From the NCBI GenBank assembly GCA_034780895.1, contig JAUZTB010000127.1, positions 17,026,790 through 17,090,387 on the forward strand: 63,598 nt of DNA. The letters are read 5' to 3'. The notes under the pieces were generated by a model, which saw only the letters and a program-made list of their open reading frames with translations, had not been told where the DNA came from and made no database searches. Positions 9,291 through 23,080 of this stretch are shown piece after piece. The DNA is from Rhynchobatus australiae (lineage: Eukaryota). Within the stretch, counting starts at the first letter, position 1, and every line of letters starts with the position of its first letter. The translations under genes and the position numbers were made by a program.

Positions 9291-12200
9291 ATCAGTCCAC
9301 TGTTGGCAGCTGTTAGGCCCAAAACTCTACAATATCCCTAAACTTCTGTGCTGCCACGTCTCTCTCATCTTTTAATATCATCCCATGAGCCTACCTCTTT
9401 GATAAAGCTGTTGGCTACTCTTCCTGTATTTCCTTACATGGCTTATTGATAAATTCTGTTTGCTTACATTTTTGCGTAGGGCCCAGACATGTTTTAGTAC
9501 TTTAAGGTGCTATATAAATACAAGTTGTTAATGCGCATATTGATAATTGTTGTTGCACTCTGGGTTAATAAGGGTAAATTGCATCTGCTCCCAAGCTATC
9601 TCAGTCAGTCACTGGTTCAAGCCAGTTTGATGATCATTGGTTCCAACATTCAATAAGCCATTTGTGAAAAAGAGATCTTTTCTAAAGTTAATCTTACTAC
9701 TAATGCTCTGGGGAGGGGAAGATTTGTGGCAAAATTTGAAGAATACATCAACATATTCCTTTCCCCAGTGCAGGGGAGGACATTTAATGCAGTTGTCCAG
9801 TTACTGATTTTGCTGAGGTTTATAACTCAGTTATCTGCTCTGTACACATTTAAATGATTGGCCCAGACTTTATACTTCCTTCTGGGCACCTAATGATTGT
9901 ATGAAAGTGCAGAAAAAAATCATGATCCCTTTTCTTCTCTCTCTCTAGTACACTGCTATGCTAATTTGCATATCCTTTCTCTATAAATGATATCTCAGAT
10001 GAAACATTCTCCTTTAGCCTTTTTGTTTTCTGAAGGGGAGAAATAATCAAAAAAGTAAGAGGAAAAGAAATTAAATTTAAAGCCTAGCTCCCGCTGGTAG
10101 GATGTGCTCTGATCATTTCACTGCTGATTTTCTTCCTTCAACTCCTGAAGGGATCGATTTCATTCGCACTCTTCCAGCTCATCGGCAATGTGCCCTTCAT
10201 TTATGTGTGAAGTCATATAATGAGCACCAGGTACATCTGACTTTGCAAGTCAGTCTCATTCCTATTCTCACCTAAACAAATACAAGTTACTGTCACCGTT
10301 GGGGAAAGTAACTTAATTAAGTAACACTGTGCTTAGTTCACAGGCAGACTTGGAAAGTAAATTCCAACTTTCATGAATAAAAGGTGTAGGTTTTCCAGGG
10401 CAGCCACACTGTCTTCCCTTTTTTGTGCCCTTGCCTCTTGGGTGCTGCCCCTAACTTGTGAGTACCTCGAGGACATCCAATAGCACTTCACTGGTTAGTA
10501 ATTTTTAGGCAAGGTCTGATTTGAACATTGTGCAACTTGAGNNNNNNNNNNNNNNNNNNNNNNNNNNCAGGTTGTTTTGTGAGAAGTCACTGTTGATCCC
10601 TTAGAGGGCTGCCAGTTAGATTGATTTATACCCTTTTTAAATGTGCGAGTTATGCATGGTGCATAATCTATCCCATTGTCCCTGAGTACTGCAAACAGCA
10701 GCTCTAACTGGTGGGGGACTCCATTCAATATATTTAAATAACCTTCACATTGATTTTGACATTCAGTTACCTGCCCATTTAAAGGCACCAGGTACACTTT
10801 GGAGGCAGTACACCAGCTGTGAAAGTCTTTCCTCAATTTTGATTTGTTGGCTGCAAATATTTCAAGTTTTGAGTTGAAAATTGCTTCCTGGATGACCAAA
10901 GGACCTCCTCCAAAATTATGAATGGGAATCTCAAGGCAATTGCACATAATTTTCAGGAGAATCAACAACACTGGCTGATTTTTTTTTCTGCCAATCCTTA
11001 GGCAAAATGACCTTAAGGTTCACACTTTTACACTTAGTTTCTCTACATGTGAAAACGTACTACTTTCAATCTGCTTTCTTTGTAAGGATATATTGGCAAC
11101 AATGCTTGTTGCACTCTGAGGATCTGGACCACAGAAAGGACTAAAGCCCTTGCTCCTTACTGTGACACACCACTAACACTGAAAGTGGAAAGTAGGTGTT
11201 TACATGACAGCAATAAATAAAGCTGAATAAATTATTCTCCTTGTCACTCCTGCTAATGCATAAATAGCCAATGAGTAAGTGGGCTGTTTGACACCTCTTA
11301 CTAATCACACTAACTGATATGGTAGCAATAACCAAGACAGGAGGTTTGAGATTTCTCAGAGAAGGAAGATAAGTAAGGAAAGCATCACTTAGAGATCAAA
11401 ATGGTTCGGATCCAGGTGAATTCAATGCCAGATTAACAAAGAGCCATTAGATGGTCAGTTGGTTATTTTACCACAAAGGATCACTCCCTTTATTCATTGA
11501 AGGAGATCGCCTAACAGTGCGCCCAACCTAACTGGCATCTGAGAATTGCTATTATTAAGTGATTGGAATGGAAAACAAAATGTGCTCTGTATGTATTTGA
11601 TAATAATTGTTTAATGTACAGTCACAAGAATTTGAAAGATCCTGTTTCTACAGCCACAGATGGTAACTATATTTTCTCTTAAAGGAAAAATAAGGGTGTA
11701 AAGCCACCTTATTATGGTTTATGGAGGATGGTTCACAATTATTAATGGATAAGCACATTCACTAAGAAAATCTTTAATGTAGACTAATGATTGTTTGTAT
11801 ACTTTGAAGATTGTAATTAAAAAGTTAGGGAAGGATAGTTATTCTCGAACTTCCCATATGGCCAATAATTTCTAACATCTAAAATTAAATTATTTCAGTT
11901 GTGAGATAGCTTACCTGAATAGCAGATATGAAATAAAAACTATGCACAGTATAATCTGTGATCATAGGCATTGATAGGATCATGGACATTTGAACACTGT
12001 TTACACCTACTATCATCATTTCAGGCAATGCAGATGGATCTAATCTTACACAATTGTGGTTGGTAATTCTCCACCTTAGCAACAGAGTGCTCTTGCTGTC
12101 ATTCTGTTTGTTGTAGGTCATAATAGAGTACAATGCCAAGGCATGAGCAAGAGTGGGTGGTGACTGCTATAATGAAGGCCTGCTTTCTGAATTGATGCCT

Positions 12201-13189
12201 ACCTGGATGTTTGTACCTAAATGTGCTTACTCACTGAGAATTCCATGTTTACCCAAGAAAATTATCTATAGATGCAGAGCAAAGAAGAGAGCATTCACTA
12301 TGCTTATGCTGATAAAGATGAGTTGATGCTTCTTCCAGCTCTGCTCCTATTTATGTTATTCTCATATGTTTTAAAATCCTAATCTTTAAAAATTCTTATA
12401 GTAGGAAAAATATTCCCCATCTTTATTTGTTATCCATATGGAAAAACATTTCACAGTCTGAAGCTGAAAGTCAGATTTAAGATGTTTTAGTAACTATCTG
12501 GTAAAGGGCTTTGAAAATTAAATAACATTGCACATTTAATGGCCAAGCTTCAGAGTCATAAGGGTACAAACAGAGGTTTTGTTGAATCCTTCTAAAATAG
12601 AGCTTAGGCCAGAACAGGAGTATTGCATCCGATTCTGGTTACTGTTCTTTAGGATAGATGTGACAGTTCTAGGAGATTGAATAGAATGATTTAGGGATAA
12701 AGGACTTCAGTTATAAGGTTAATATAGGAGTATAAGAAAAAGGAGCAGGGGCAGGCTATTTGACCCTTCAAGCCTGCTGTGCCATGCATCAAAATCATGG
12801 TTGATCTTATTGCCATTTTCTGCACAATCCCCACATTCCTCGATTCCCTTAATATTTAGAAATCCATAGAGCTCCAGTTTGAATTAATTCAATTCTATAT
12901 TTTCACATGACACAGAAGCCATTCAACACAGAGTCTATATCTGGTCCCAGAACAATCCCTTCAATCCCAATCCCTCAGAAATCTGTTCTTTAATATAAAT
13001 ACAGAACTTGGTAGAAATATTGACCCAGGTCAGGCCATATCTGAGAAGAAAACAGAGCTAAATGTTTCGGGTTGAAAACCTTTCAGGAAGTTGAATGCTA
13101 TAATGAAGGCTCATCTTCTACCCAACTAGGAGCAGCTCATCTTCATCAATATGTTCTTTCTTCCTTGAACTCTAGGCTGATTGTCCCAC

Positions 13190-13352
13190 CCACAACAATA
13201 ATTATACAGTAGCCTATTGACCTAGCAACCTGCACATCTTTGGAATGTGGGAGGAAATCAGAGCATCTGAAGGAAACCCACACAGTCATGAGGAAAACAT
13301 ACAAAACACCTTACAAAGAGTGGCAGGAATCGAACCCCGATTTCTGGTGCTG
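13190..13352 (-). mobile_element. tRNA-derived V-SINE (HE1-like) copy
   Basis: Reverse strand has B-box-like gggttcgattcc and V-domain ttcctcccacattccaaagatgtgcaggtt; shares a 45-bp block with 14761. Confidence 0.75.
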
Positions 13353-13614
13353 TAATAATGTTTCCAAATGATACATTCTCAGGTTCAGTGGTCTGAGCCC
13401 CACTGGAAAGTTTGTCATGGCACCAAACTCAATGTAAGTGAGAGGTAAGCCACATAACATGTGGAGCGCTTGGAATCTGTTTGAAATACCTTCTTCATTG
13501 TAAGACCACCTCAGTGCTCCCTGGGGCCATTGTACAGATTGAGAGTTGTGGGTGCATCCATTTTTAACTGCAGCCATACAACATATGCAATATGTAAAAA
13601 GCATTGCATCTCTG

Positions 13615-13895
13615 TATTGGTATTGATTTATTATTGTCACTTGTACTGAGGTACAGTGAAAAACTTGTCTTGCATACCGTTCGTACAGATCAATTCATTA
13701 CACAGTGCAGATACATTGAGTTGGTACAGAGTGCATTGAGGTAGTACCAGTAAAAAAACAATAACAGAGTACAGAGTAAAGTGTCACAGCTACAAGGAAG
13801 TGCATTGCAGATAGACAATAAGGTGCAAGGTCACAACAAGGTAGATTGTGAAGTCAGAGTCCATCTCAACATGTAAGGGAACCATTCAATAGTGC
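13615..13895 (-). mobile_element. LINE 3' UTR fragment (Rex1/Babar-like)
   Basis: tattggtattgatttattattgtcacttgtactgaggtacagtgaaaaacttg...: reverse-strand AATAAA plus short tandem tail, resembling the 3' end at 41060-41130. Confidence 0.55.
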
Positions 13896-14760
13896 TCCTG
13901 CAATATGCCTCTTTGGTTTGTTAGGCTGCATTATTTGGTCATTAATATCAACTTTTATACAGTGTTTAAGAAGAAGGAAAGACACTACCTTCACAGGACA
14001 ATTTGGACTTGTTTACCAATTAACAATATTTTTAAAAATTGCTATCAGATTTGGCTTGAGAATTAATAAGAAAAACTATCTCAGCTTGGAAACAACCAAG
14101 TTGCTGATAGAAAACAATCAATAAGAATTTCCTGCAAGAGAAAAAGAATGAACTATTCTAGAAAATGCATTGCTTTTAAAAGTCATGCCTGTTACCCACA
14201 GAAAACACTCCACATGATTATGATGTAATCAGAAATGAGGGAATCCAAAAAAGACTTTACATACTGTTCAAATCATTTTTTTTTTGATTCCATTAATCTA
14301 TCCAGGAGTGGATTTCTTGTTTTCTTTAAAACATCATCAATTGCTCATGTTCAAATGAGCTAAGATCATGAAATAAGAACATAAGTGTAGGCTTTTCAGT
14401 TCATAATGTCTGTTTTGCCATTCAATAAGGTTAATGCTGATCTTTTACTTCAATACCATTTTCCTGCACTAACCCCATAGCTCTTGATTCCTTCATATAT
14501 AAAAATCTGCTGATCTCTACCTTGAATATTCTTAGTGACTGAATCTCCACAGCCTTTGCAGGTAGAGAATTCCGAAGATTCACTACCTCCGAAAAAAATC
14601 TTATCTCTGTCCTGAATTCACTACCTCCGAAAAAAATCTGATCTCTGTCCTGTAGGTAAANNNNNNNNNNNNNNNNNNNNNNNNNNNNNNNNNNNNNNNN
14701 NNNNNNNNNNNNNNNNNNNNNNNNNNNNNNNNNNNNNNNNNNNNNNNNNNNNNNNNNNNN

Positions 14761-14942
14761 CTATTGACCTAGCAACCTGCACATCTTTGGAATGTGGGAG
14801 GAAATTGGAGCAGCCAAAGGAAACCTACACATTCACAGGGAGAACTTGTGAACTCCACACAAATGCTGCTGGAGATCAGGATCAAACCCAGATCGCAAGA
14901 GCTATAGGGCAGAACAACATTGTGCTGTGCCACTGAGCCACT
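14761..14942 (-). mobile_element. tRNA-derived V-SINE (HE1-like) copy
   Basis: Reverse strand: gtggcacagc...gatctgggtttgatcc...tgtgtggagttcacaagttctccctgtg...ttcctcccacattccaaagatgtgcaggtt. Confidence 0.8.
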
Positions 14943-15419
14943 CAAAAATTTCATTACTATAGGGGATTGAATTAAGGCTTTTTGCATGCAAGGCAAACAT
15001 AATTACAATATGAGAAACCTTTGTTTTCAATTCCCACACTGGAATTCATGTCTCTGGATTGATAATCCAGTAATATAACGACTGCACCACTATAATACAC
15101 AATCCTCATCTGAAGGCGGTCTGATCCCTTATCAGCAAAGAGAAAATTTACACTAAGTCAACACATGAGATAAATACCATCATAGCCCATGGAGAAGAAA
15201 GAAACTGTTACCCTTCTGTACCGAAGACAGAACAATAAGCACCAAAGAGGTACAGATCAATATGAACAGCAGAGCAGGAAGAAGGGCTGAATGACCAACC
15301 TCTATTCCCATTTTTTTCCTTTTCTTCAACTGCCAGTCTAACATTAAATGTTGATGTTCTATATTTCAATCACTCATTCTTGTTAATGCAGGTTACAGCC
15401 TCAAAATTATTCACACATC

Positions 15420-15830
15420 CTGCTGTCTTCTCCTATTGCCATCCACAGTAGATTCACCACCCACCAAATAAAAAAAATTCTCATCTCAATATTAAAAAGT
15501 CTACCTTTTGTTTTGAAATTGTGATCCTTTATTCTAGACTCCTCACCCAGGAGCAACATACTCCCTGTACACAGTCTCCTGAGCCCTCTAAGAATTTTGT
15601 AAAATTCAATAAGGTCTCCTTTCATTCTTTAAACTCTGGGGAGTACAGGCAACTCGGTCTCTCTTCATATGGCATATCTGCCATCCCTTGAACCACTCTA
15701 GTGAACCTTCATTACACTCTCCAAAACTGCACATCAAGACCCTATGTAATATCAGTAAGATATCTTTATTTCTGTGTTCTAATCCTTTCACAATAAAGGC
15801 CAACAAACCATTTGGCTTCTTAATTACACA
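15420..15830 (-). mobile_element. CR1 LINE ORF2 3' fragment
   Basis: Minus-strand ORFs MLAFIVKGLEHRNKDILLILHRVL and KGDLIEFYKILRGL. Confidence 0.8.
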
Positions 15831-16559
15831 AATAGTTTCCTAATAATAAAAATGTTAGACTGGAGAAGCTGGAGCTGTTCTCTAGGGAGCAAAGAAGGTT
15901 GAGACATTTGATGGAGATGTACAAGATTATAATGAGTTTAGATAGGGTAAATAGATGGAAGCTGTTCCCATTAGTGATCATTCAAAGAACAGGAAACACA
16001 GATTTACGGTGGAGAATGGAGATGATTTAAAATTCACTGCCTGAGAGTGGTGGAAACAGTCAATCTGCACGTTCAAAAGAAACCGTATCATCATTCTGTT
16101 ATGGGTTTACATGATCACCACTTCTCTAATTTTCATTTCTTTCATGGGCCCTCTGAAATACATCACTGTGGTGTTGATTGAAAAGTCAGAAGTGACATGG
16201 AGTTTCTTTCAATCTGTTATTCACACAATTTTAGGGAATTCAGTGTGATTCCATGTCTACCACTTTTGCAGACCTTTCAAACCTTTTGTAGTTTAAATGC
16301 AGCAGATTGGAAAAAAGAACAGCAAAATTATTGAATGCGTTTGCTTGTAAAATGAAAGCAGGCTTTCGGTGAGTTCACTGGTATTTCAAAATTTGCAANN
16401 NNNNNNNNNNNNNNNNNNNNNNNNNNNNNNNNNNNNNNNNNNNNNNNNNNNNNNNNNNNNNNNNNNNNNNNNNNNNNNNNNNNNNNNNNNNNNNNNNNNN
16501 NNNNNNNNNNNNNNNNNNNNNNNNNNNNNNNNNNNNNNTATATATATGTATGTATGTAT

Positions 16560-17425
16560 GAAGGGAGCATCATTAAATAGTTTGCAGATGAAATAAAATT
16601 AGCTATGAAGTTGATAGCGAGAAGGAAAGCTTTAGAATGTGGGAATATGTAGATGGCTTGGTTTGTTTGGCACAAAAGTAGCAAATGAAATTTAATCCAG
16701 AAAAATACAAGGTCATGCATTTGGGAAGATGTAAGTAGACAAGAAAATACACATTAAATGTCAAGATACTGAGAAGAGTGGAGAACAGAGGAGTCTTGTT
16801 GTGTTTGTCCACAGATTCTTAAAAGACAGCAAAACAGGATGGTCAAAAAGGCAAAAAGGCACAGCATACAAAAGCAAGGAACTGTATACAACACTAAACC
16901 ACAGCTTGAGTGCTACCTACAATTCTTGTCATCACATTATGGGAAGGATATGACTAGACTAGGGAGAGTGCAAAGGAGATTTAAAAATGTTATCAGGTTT
17001 GGAAAAGGAAAGACTGGTGTTGTTATGTTGGAAGAGAGGAGGTTGTGGGGAGACTTAACTGAGGTTTATAAAATTATGAAAGGCCAAGATGAAGTAAATA
17101 GGATTGTCCCATTTCCCTTAGTAGTAGGACCATAAACCAGGTGGCATAGATTTAAAGTAAATGATAGAGGATTTGAGAGGAGATAAGGAAGAATATTTTC
17201 ACTGAGACAGTGGCACGCATCTGGAATTCAATGTCTGAAAGCACAGTAGAAGTAGAAACACTCAACACACTTAAAAAAATGCTTGGATGTGTACATGAAT
17301 CTGCAAGGTGAAAGACCAAGTGCTGGAAGGAGGAAATAAGCTGGGTAGTTCTTCCTTGATGGACATGGAGACATTGAGCCAAATGGCCTCTTTCTATGTT
17401 TTAAATTTTCTATGACTCTGTATGT
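16560..17425 (+). mobile_element. CR1 LINE RT/3' fragment
   Basis: FADEIKL, QMKFNPEKYKVMHLG, KPQLECYLQFLSSHY, LEERRLWGDLTEVYKIMKG and CR1 tail gccaaatggcctctttctatg. Confidence 0.85.
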
Positions 17426-17719
17426 CTAATATTTTCTTATTTATTGTGCCCCTCCAAAAACAGTTAAAAATTCAATTCCCATGGATGTCACTGGAAAAGA
17501 AACGTTTACTCTGGAAATATTAATAGAGGTTAGCATACCTGTGATTATTACCAGGCAAAATGTCCAGAGGCATAGACGATAATCCAGAGACAGATTCAAA
17601 TCTTACTTTGAAAGCTGGAGTATTTAAATTCAATGAACTAAATAAAATCCAAATTAAAGCTCAGTACTGGTAACTGTGACCACGAAGGGGTCAGACTATT
17701 ATAAAAACCTATGCTATCA

Positions 17720-18240
17720 TAGCTCAAACAGAGGAAGATAGTTGTGGTCATCAAATGCCAATCAATCCCAGCCCCAGGACCTCACTGTTGGACATCCTCA
17801 GGACAGTGTCCTGGGCTCACCATCTTCATCAATGAGCTTCCTTCTATCACAGTGTCAGAAGTGAGAATGTATGCTGATGATTGCATAACTTGAACTCCAG
17901 TTACAATTGTTCAGCAAATGAGGCAGCTCAGGCCTGCATGCAACAAGACCTAGACAACATTCAGGCATCAGCTGTTAGCAGCAAGCAACATTTACGTCCA
18001 TTTCCAACAAGAGAGTCTAACCACCTACTTTGATGTTTAATGGATTAACATCACCAGGTACAGCAACATCAGTATCCAGGTTGTCTCCATTGACCAGAGA
18101 TGCAACTGAACCAACCACATAAATACTGTGGCTATGAGAACAAATCAGAGGCTGGTATCTTGCCATCAAGTGACTCATCTCCTGACACCCAAAGCCTTCC
18201 CACCACTTGTAAGGCACGAGTCAGGAGCATAATAAAATAC
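17720..18240 (+). mobile_element. Decayed CR1/L2-group LINE RT fragment
   Basis: Remnants of QRKIVVV, GHPQDSVLG, FINELPSI, SEVRMYADDC, MQQDLDNIQA; same family at 42740-42940 and 46010-47390. Confidence 0.75.
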
Positions 18241-19449
18241 CTTTGTGAAGAGAAATGTTATAATCTTTGACCTTTGTGTATTTAATTGAACAACAACATT
18301 GTTGAGTTCCCTCAATCAAATTGTTCATTCTGGCAGATCCATGGGACACAGTATTCACATATTCCAATGTAGATATATTTAGTTAGGCTTGCCGAAGGTG
18401 GACTGACTCATTCAGTGATGGTATAGTAATTGGGCACAATCAAAATAGCGCATGTCTTTGCTAAGTGATGAGCACTCATTCTCTTCTTTCACTCTATTCT
18501 TATTTTTTTCTTTGTTGTCATTTTCCTGATGCAATTGAAAGGATCAAGTTTAGTCCTTTCTCACTGATTTGTCAATGCAAAGTACTGATGTAGTGAAAGT
18601 AGCTATATAAATGTAAGCTCTTTTATTCATTATATATTTTATATCTCTATATCTCTATTCATACTTTTTATCATGAAAATTTAGCAGTTTCCTTTGAGAA
18701 GGCACGCACAGCCTTTTGGGAGGGAGAATTCCAGCTTTCTACTACCCTTTGTATTGACTGAGAAGGTTAAAGTTTTGACACCCGGTGGTCACGCAGTTGA
18801 CTATTAGGAAGAAAGAAGGACAGAATTATCAATGTCCTAAACAATGTACCTTGTTAGAAGTTGTGGTTGTCAGAGAAGGACAGAATAATACTTGGCTGTG
18901 ATCACCACAGCATGCTGTTCACATTTATTGTACATAAACAATTACCTGAGCCAAATGTCAGAATGCTGATGACACTTACATAACCATATCCCAGCATGAA
19001 TCATTGTCTCCAGGAGGGGAGCAGTATGAAAATTAGGGGAAAAATAAAGCATAATGCTTCTATCAGACTACTGCAAAAAAAAAGAGAAAAAAATTCAGCT
19101 GTTTAGATGCAACCGAGGTTTTAACCTCATGAACAGTACGTCAGCAGGAGGCAAGCAGTTTCCTGGTAACTGATAGTATTTTGGAGAAAGGTGCATCTAA
19201 CAGGAAGTTCATCATTCAAAAAGCTCTTCCTTAACCAAAATGAGCAGGTTTTATAGAATTAAAAAATGATCGATGTTAAGAAAATGAAACCAGATGAATA
19301 TTGCCAACTACCTTCCTTTGAAAAGGGTTTTCACAAGTGCTTCCGCATTAATATCGTAAAACAAAATTATGAACTCCCTTCTCTCCCCTGAACAAGTCAT
19401 GGTACCTGTCTTTTACTTTCAAATTATAGTGTCAGGATAATATCTTTTT

Positions 19450-20090
19450 TTGAAGTAGTCCCTCAGGATTGAGGATGACTTGCTACCACTGCCATTTTGT
19501 GGGTTTGGAGGCAACAAATGNNNNNNNNNNNNNNNNNNNNNNNNNNNNNNNNNNNNNNNNNNNNNNNNNNNNNNNNNNNNNNNNNNNNNNNNNNNNNNNN
19601 NNNNNNNNNNNNNNNNNNNNNNNNNNNNNNNNNNNNNNNNNNNNNNNNNNNNNNNNNNNNNNNNNNNNNNNNNNNNNNNNNNNNNNNNNNNNNTCACTTT
19701 GACCAGAGGTTCCTTGGACTAGGTGGGGAAGTTGCATTTATTCAAGGAAGCTTTGAGCATATTCTTTAATCTTATTCTCCTTCCACAGCAGAGTCATAAT
19801 TGAGTATTTGTTTCAGGAGTATGGTATCAGACATGTAAATGATGTTCCCTGCCCAACATAGTAGGCTGAGTAACCAGGACCTCAGTGCTAGGAATGTTGG
19901 CCTGGAGAGGTCACTAACCTTGTTTCACTTATTCTTCCACTGAATTTGAAGGGCTTTTACAGAGACATTGCCAATGATATTTTTCCCAGTGTCTCTAGAT
20001 GCCTACTGTACATCTAGGTCTCAGACACAAATAAGAGAGCAGGCATCTCTGCTGCCTGTTAGATCATGCCAGGTCTGAAGTCTTGATCTA
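19450..20090 (-). mobile_element. RTE-clade LINE 3' fragment
   Basis: Reverse copy of the RTE tail (gtccctcaggattgaggatgacttgct) plus decayed RT C-terminal sequence; spans an N gap. Confidence 0.65.
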
Positions 20091-20687
20091 GCCTCACAGC
20101 GAGTGTAGAACATAACAGAACTAGAAAAAAAATCTATTTTGTAATCTAGCCAATCTTTATATTAAAAAAACAAATTAACAAGCATCAATAATACCATTCT
20201 TTCAACATTGGCAATACATCCTCAAAAAATCTGGAGAGTAGATTTGAGTTATAGAAATATGTTTTCTTACCAATAGAATTGTGATGTATAAATAAGGCCT
20301 AATCTGATTTAATTTTCATTATTTGTTAGTTGCATAGAGAAAGAAGTCCAGAAGACTGTGGAATGGAGGAAGGTTAAGAATAGGAAGGATTACCAGATTC
20401 TGCAATCATAAAATCATTGACATAACTAAGCCCAGAGAAGGTTGGGAAATATGATGGGACAGCAAGGGAAATGAAGAAAAAAGATTTTAAAATTTAAATT
20501 AGGTCAGTCATGATTGTGCCATGATTTGGTGTAGGATAGTATATATTTTGCAGAATTTTGGACAAATATTCATTGGAATAGAGGATAGGAGACCATGCCT
20601 CTTGGTGCATTCTTGTATGACAGTGATGATATAACATATAAAGATATTAGGATCAAAATAGCTGAGGTAGCAAGGTAACAGAAATAG

Positions 20688-20785
20688 CTGGCAGAGGTCA
20701 AGGAGGACAGCAGCAGGAACTTTGTCCCATACTCCTGGATTCAGTGCAGGAAGTGTGTTAATGACTTGAACTGACCGAAAAAGGT
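20688..20785 (+). pseudogene. Myb/SANT-like (MADF/NAIF1-type) domain relic of a Harbinger-type transposon
   Basis: Frame 20688-20774 reads LAEVKEDSSRNFVPYSWIQCRKCVNDLN*, matching the W..VA..V....R.W.QCRK..NDL signature; a donor-like aagGTAGG follows at ~20784. Confidence 0.6.
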
Positions 20786-22669
20786 AGGCACAGTTACAGA
20801 TTCACCGACATCTGTGCATCACCTCATTTTGCCTTGTTAAACCTACTCCATCACATCATACAACCACTTACCTTACAATGTTTTCTCTCTGCACAATTCC
20901 TCATATGCCTTTCTGACCACATACCATCATCTTTCAACATTCTTCTATAATGTTGTGCCTCTCCCCTCTAGTCTCCATCAACAAATGTTCTCCATCTATT
21001 AGCTGAATACTTGTCAGTCAGCCACAGGTCTGGCTTTCCCTTGCTGCTTCAGAGAAGATAGTGCACTAGAGTTTGGGGGATGGGGAAGGGGGAGGGGAAC
21101 AGCATGTGATCCTCTTGGGCCTCACAGCTGAAGGGAGAGAATTGAAGGGTACCTCCCCCATAGATCTCACAGCTGATAACTTCAGAGGGAGAATTGCAAG
21201 AAATCAGCATTTTTGGTGATCAGAGTTGGAGAACTCCAAGGTACATCACACAATGAAATAATAGCATCCACATGTCATTCAATGTTCAGTCATACTGACC
21301 TGTTTTGAACAGTGAATGAAATGACATGCTGTAGTATAGTTACTTTGCCCATAATAATTCATAATTTCATGCAGTCAAGCCATTTGTGCAGCAGGCCTTC
21401 ATGGTAGATGAATGCTGAAAGGGTCTGTTTCCCACCGGGAATGCACCACAGGGCTCATGGTTACCAGGTACTTGATTATCAGCAGCAGCACTTATACAGA
21501 GAGTTGGGCTTTCACCTGCTGACTCATTTTTTGCAAGTGAACAAGAGCAGATGGTGGAGGCAGAGGAAGCAATGGGGAATCTGTATTGGAGGCCATAGGA
21601 CTCTCCAAGTTCTGATCAGCTGGGTCACAGATGTCATACCCCAGGGAAGGAGAAGCATTAAGGAGCACCAGGGAATGTGACATACTCCCTCACCTATCAA
21701 GTATCTTAAATAGGATGCTGGCCTTTACAAACTGTCACTGATCTGCACTAATCTGCTTTCTGTCATTGGCTCATGAGGAAATAATGCAAAAAGCAGGTAT
21801 GGAAATAGGAACTCTGCTCAAAGCAAATTAAACCATTGTCCCCACCATTCTTCAGGCAACACCCAACACAACTCATCTTCTGACTGCCTCTGCGCAGATG
21901 TAAGGGAGCAGTTTAAGGCAGAACCCATATGACAGGGCAGGAGCAAGCCAGCAGTCGGAACAGAGATCTGATCTGACTGCCTTCACTGAAGCCACAGTGG
22001 TTACACAAAGCTCTACACTGCTGTTGGTGGTGTTCTCATATTGCTCTTATCAGAGGTTTGATCCAAGGCAGCCAAATTGCCATCAACCCAGTTCTGTTAC
22101 TGAAAACTTTAAAATATAGAAAGTGAATTCTCAGCAAAAGCTTTTCGCATTAGGAGGTGAGAAAGCACTTGGGTGCACTGAACATTTCCTGCAGTACTTG
22201 AACGAGTTTTAATCAAGTGCCGTCTTCTCACCTCGCTTTCACTGTCGAGTTTCAGGAAGCTCTGAAAACCCGCGGGTTAAACTTAAAACTGTTGAATTAT
22301 CATTCCAATCGAGCAATTAACACTATTAAAGGGGCTGGTGGAACCTGCCAAATGCTGCTGAGTTAGATACAGAATTCAGTGAGTTGGAATGAGCTTCCTA
22401 GGGTATTTTTGTTGGCTTTAACCCATTGCCTGTACCTTGAATTCAAATCCATGTCCTAATTTAGGTTAAAACTGCTGTCCCTTCAGTCCAGCTACTTAAT
22501 TCCTCCTCTCTCATCAGCAAATGGTTGCATTCCTTTCTCCCTCATGTGACTATCTAGTGTCCTTATGTGGCAATTGCTGCAACTGCTCCCTGTGGCAGCA
22601 AGCTCTACATTCTTCTCCAGGAGCAAAACAATGGGAAACTGAGGTAAAACTAGGTTCTAATGAAAGGGC

Positions 22670-23080
22670 TTCAACCTTATATTTATGATGATTAGTTCTG
22701 GACACAAGAGGAAATGTTTTCTTGACATGTATCTTTTCAAACCCTCTTGTAATCTTAAAGATTGCCAACATATCCACTCAACTTTTTTTTTGCAGATGAA
22801 AGATATCAGTCTGTTCGAATTTCCTTAATGAATATAACATATCAGTTCAGTTACTGTCCTTGGGAATTGTTCACTGCACCTTCTCCAAAAATCTCTATCC
22901 TTTTATAAATCACCAGATCTGTACACAGTATTCCTGCTGTGGTCTGACTGACGTGCCGTACAAGTTTATTACTCTTATTTCTTTGCTTTTCAGTTTCTTT
23001 CCATCAAGATAAGAACACCAGTGCTTGGCTTGCTTTTTTTTTGGAAGGGTTTTACTAACCTATGACACTATTTTTAGTGN
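22670..23080 (-). mobile_element. Old CR1 LINE fragment
   Basis: Minus ORF MDMLAIFKITRGFEKI...FPLV; reverse strand has vrpqqeycvqiw-like coding remnant. Confidence 0.65.

Noticed and set aside
10495-10971. 158-aa minus-strand ORF; also weak inverted matches (tttaaatgtgc 10636-46 / gcccatttaaa 10773-83)
   Set aside because: Non-ATG start, no recognisable domain or splice support, contains a gap; the palindromic signal is too sparse to call.
14578-14652. 38-bp direct duplication in a CR1 tail
   Set aside because: Only two copies next to a contig end; a trivial slippage or assembly artefact, not an array.
13190-14942. A/B-box-like sequences as tRNA genes
   Set aside because: They are decayed heads of tRNA-derived SINEs followed by V-domain sequence; no cloverleaf.
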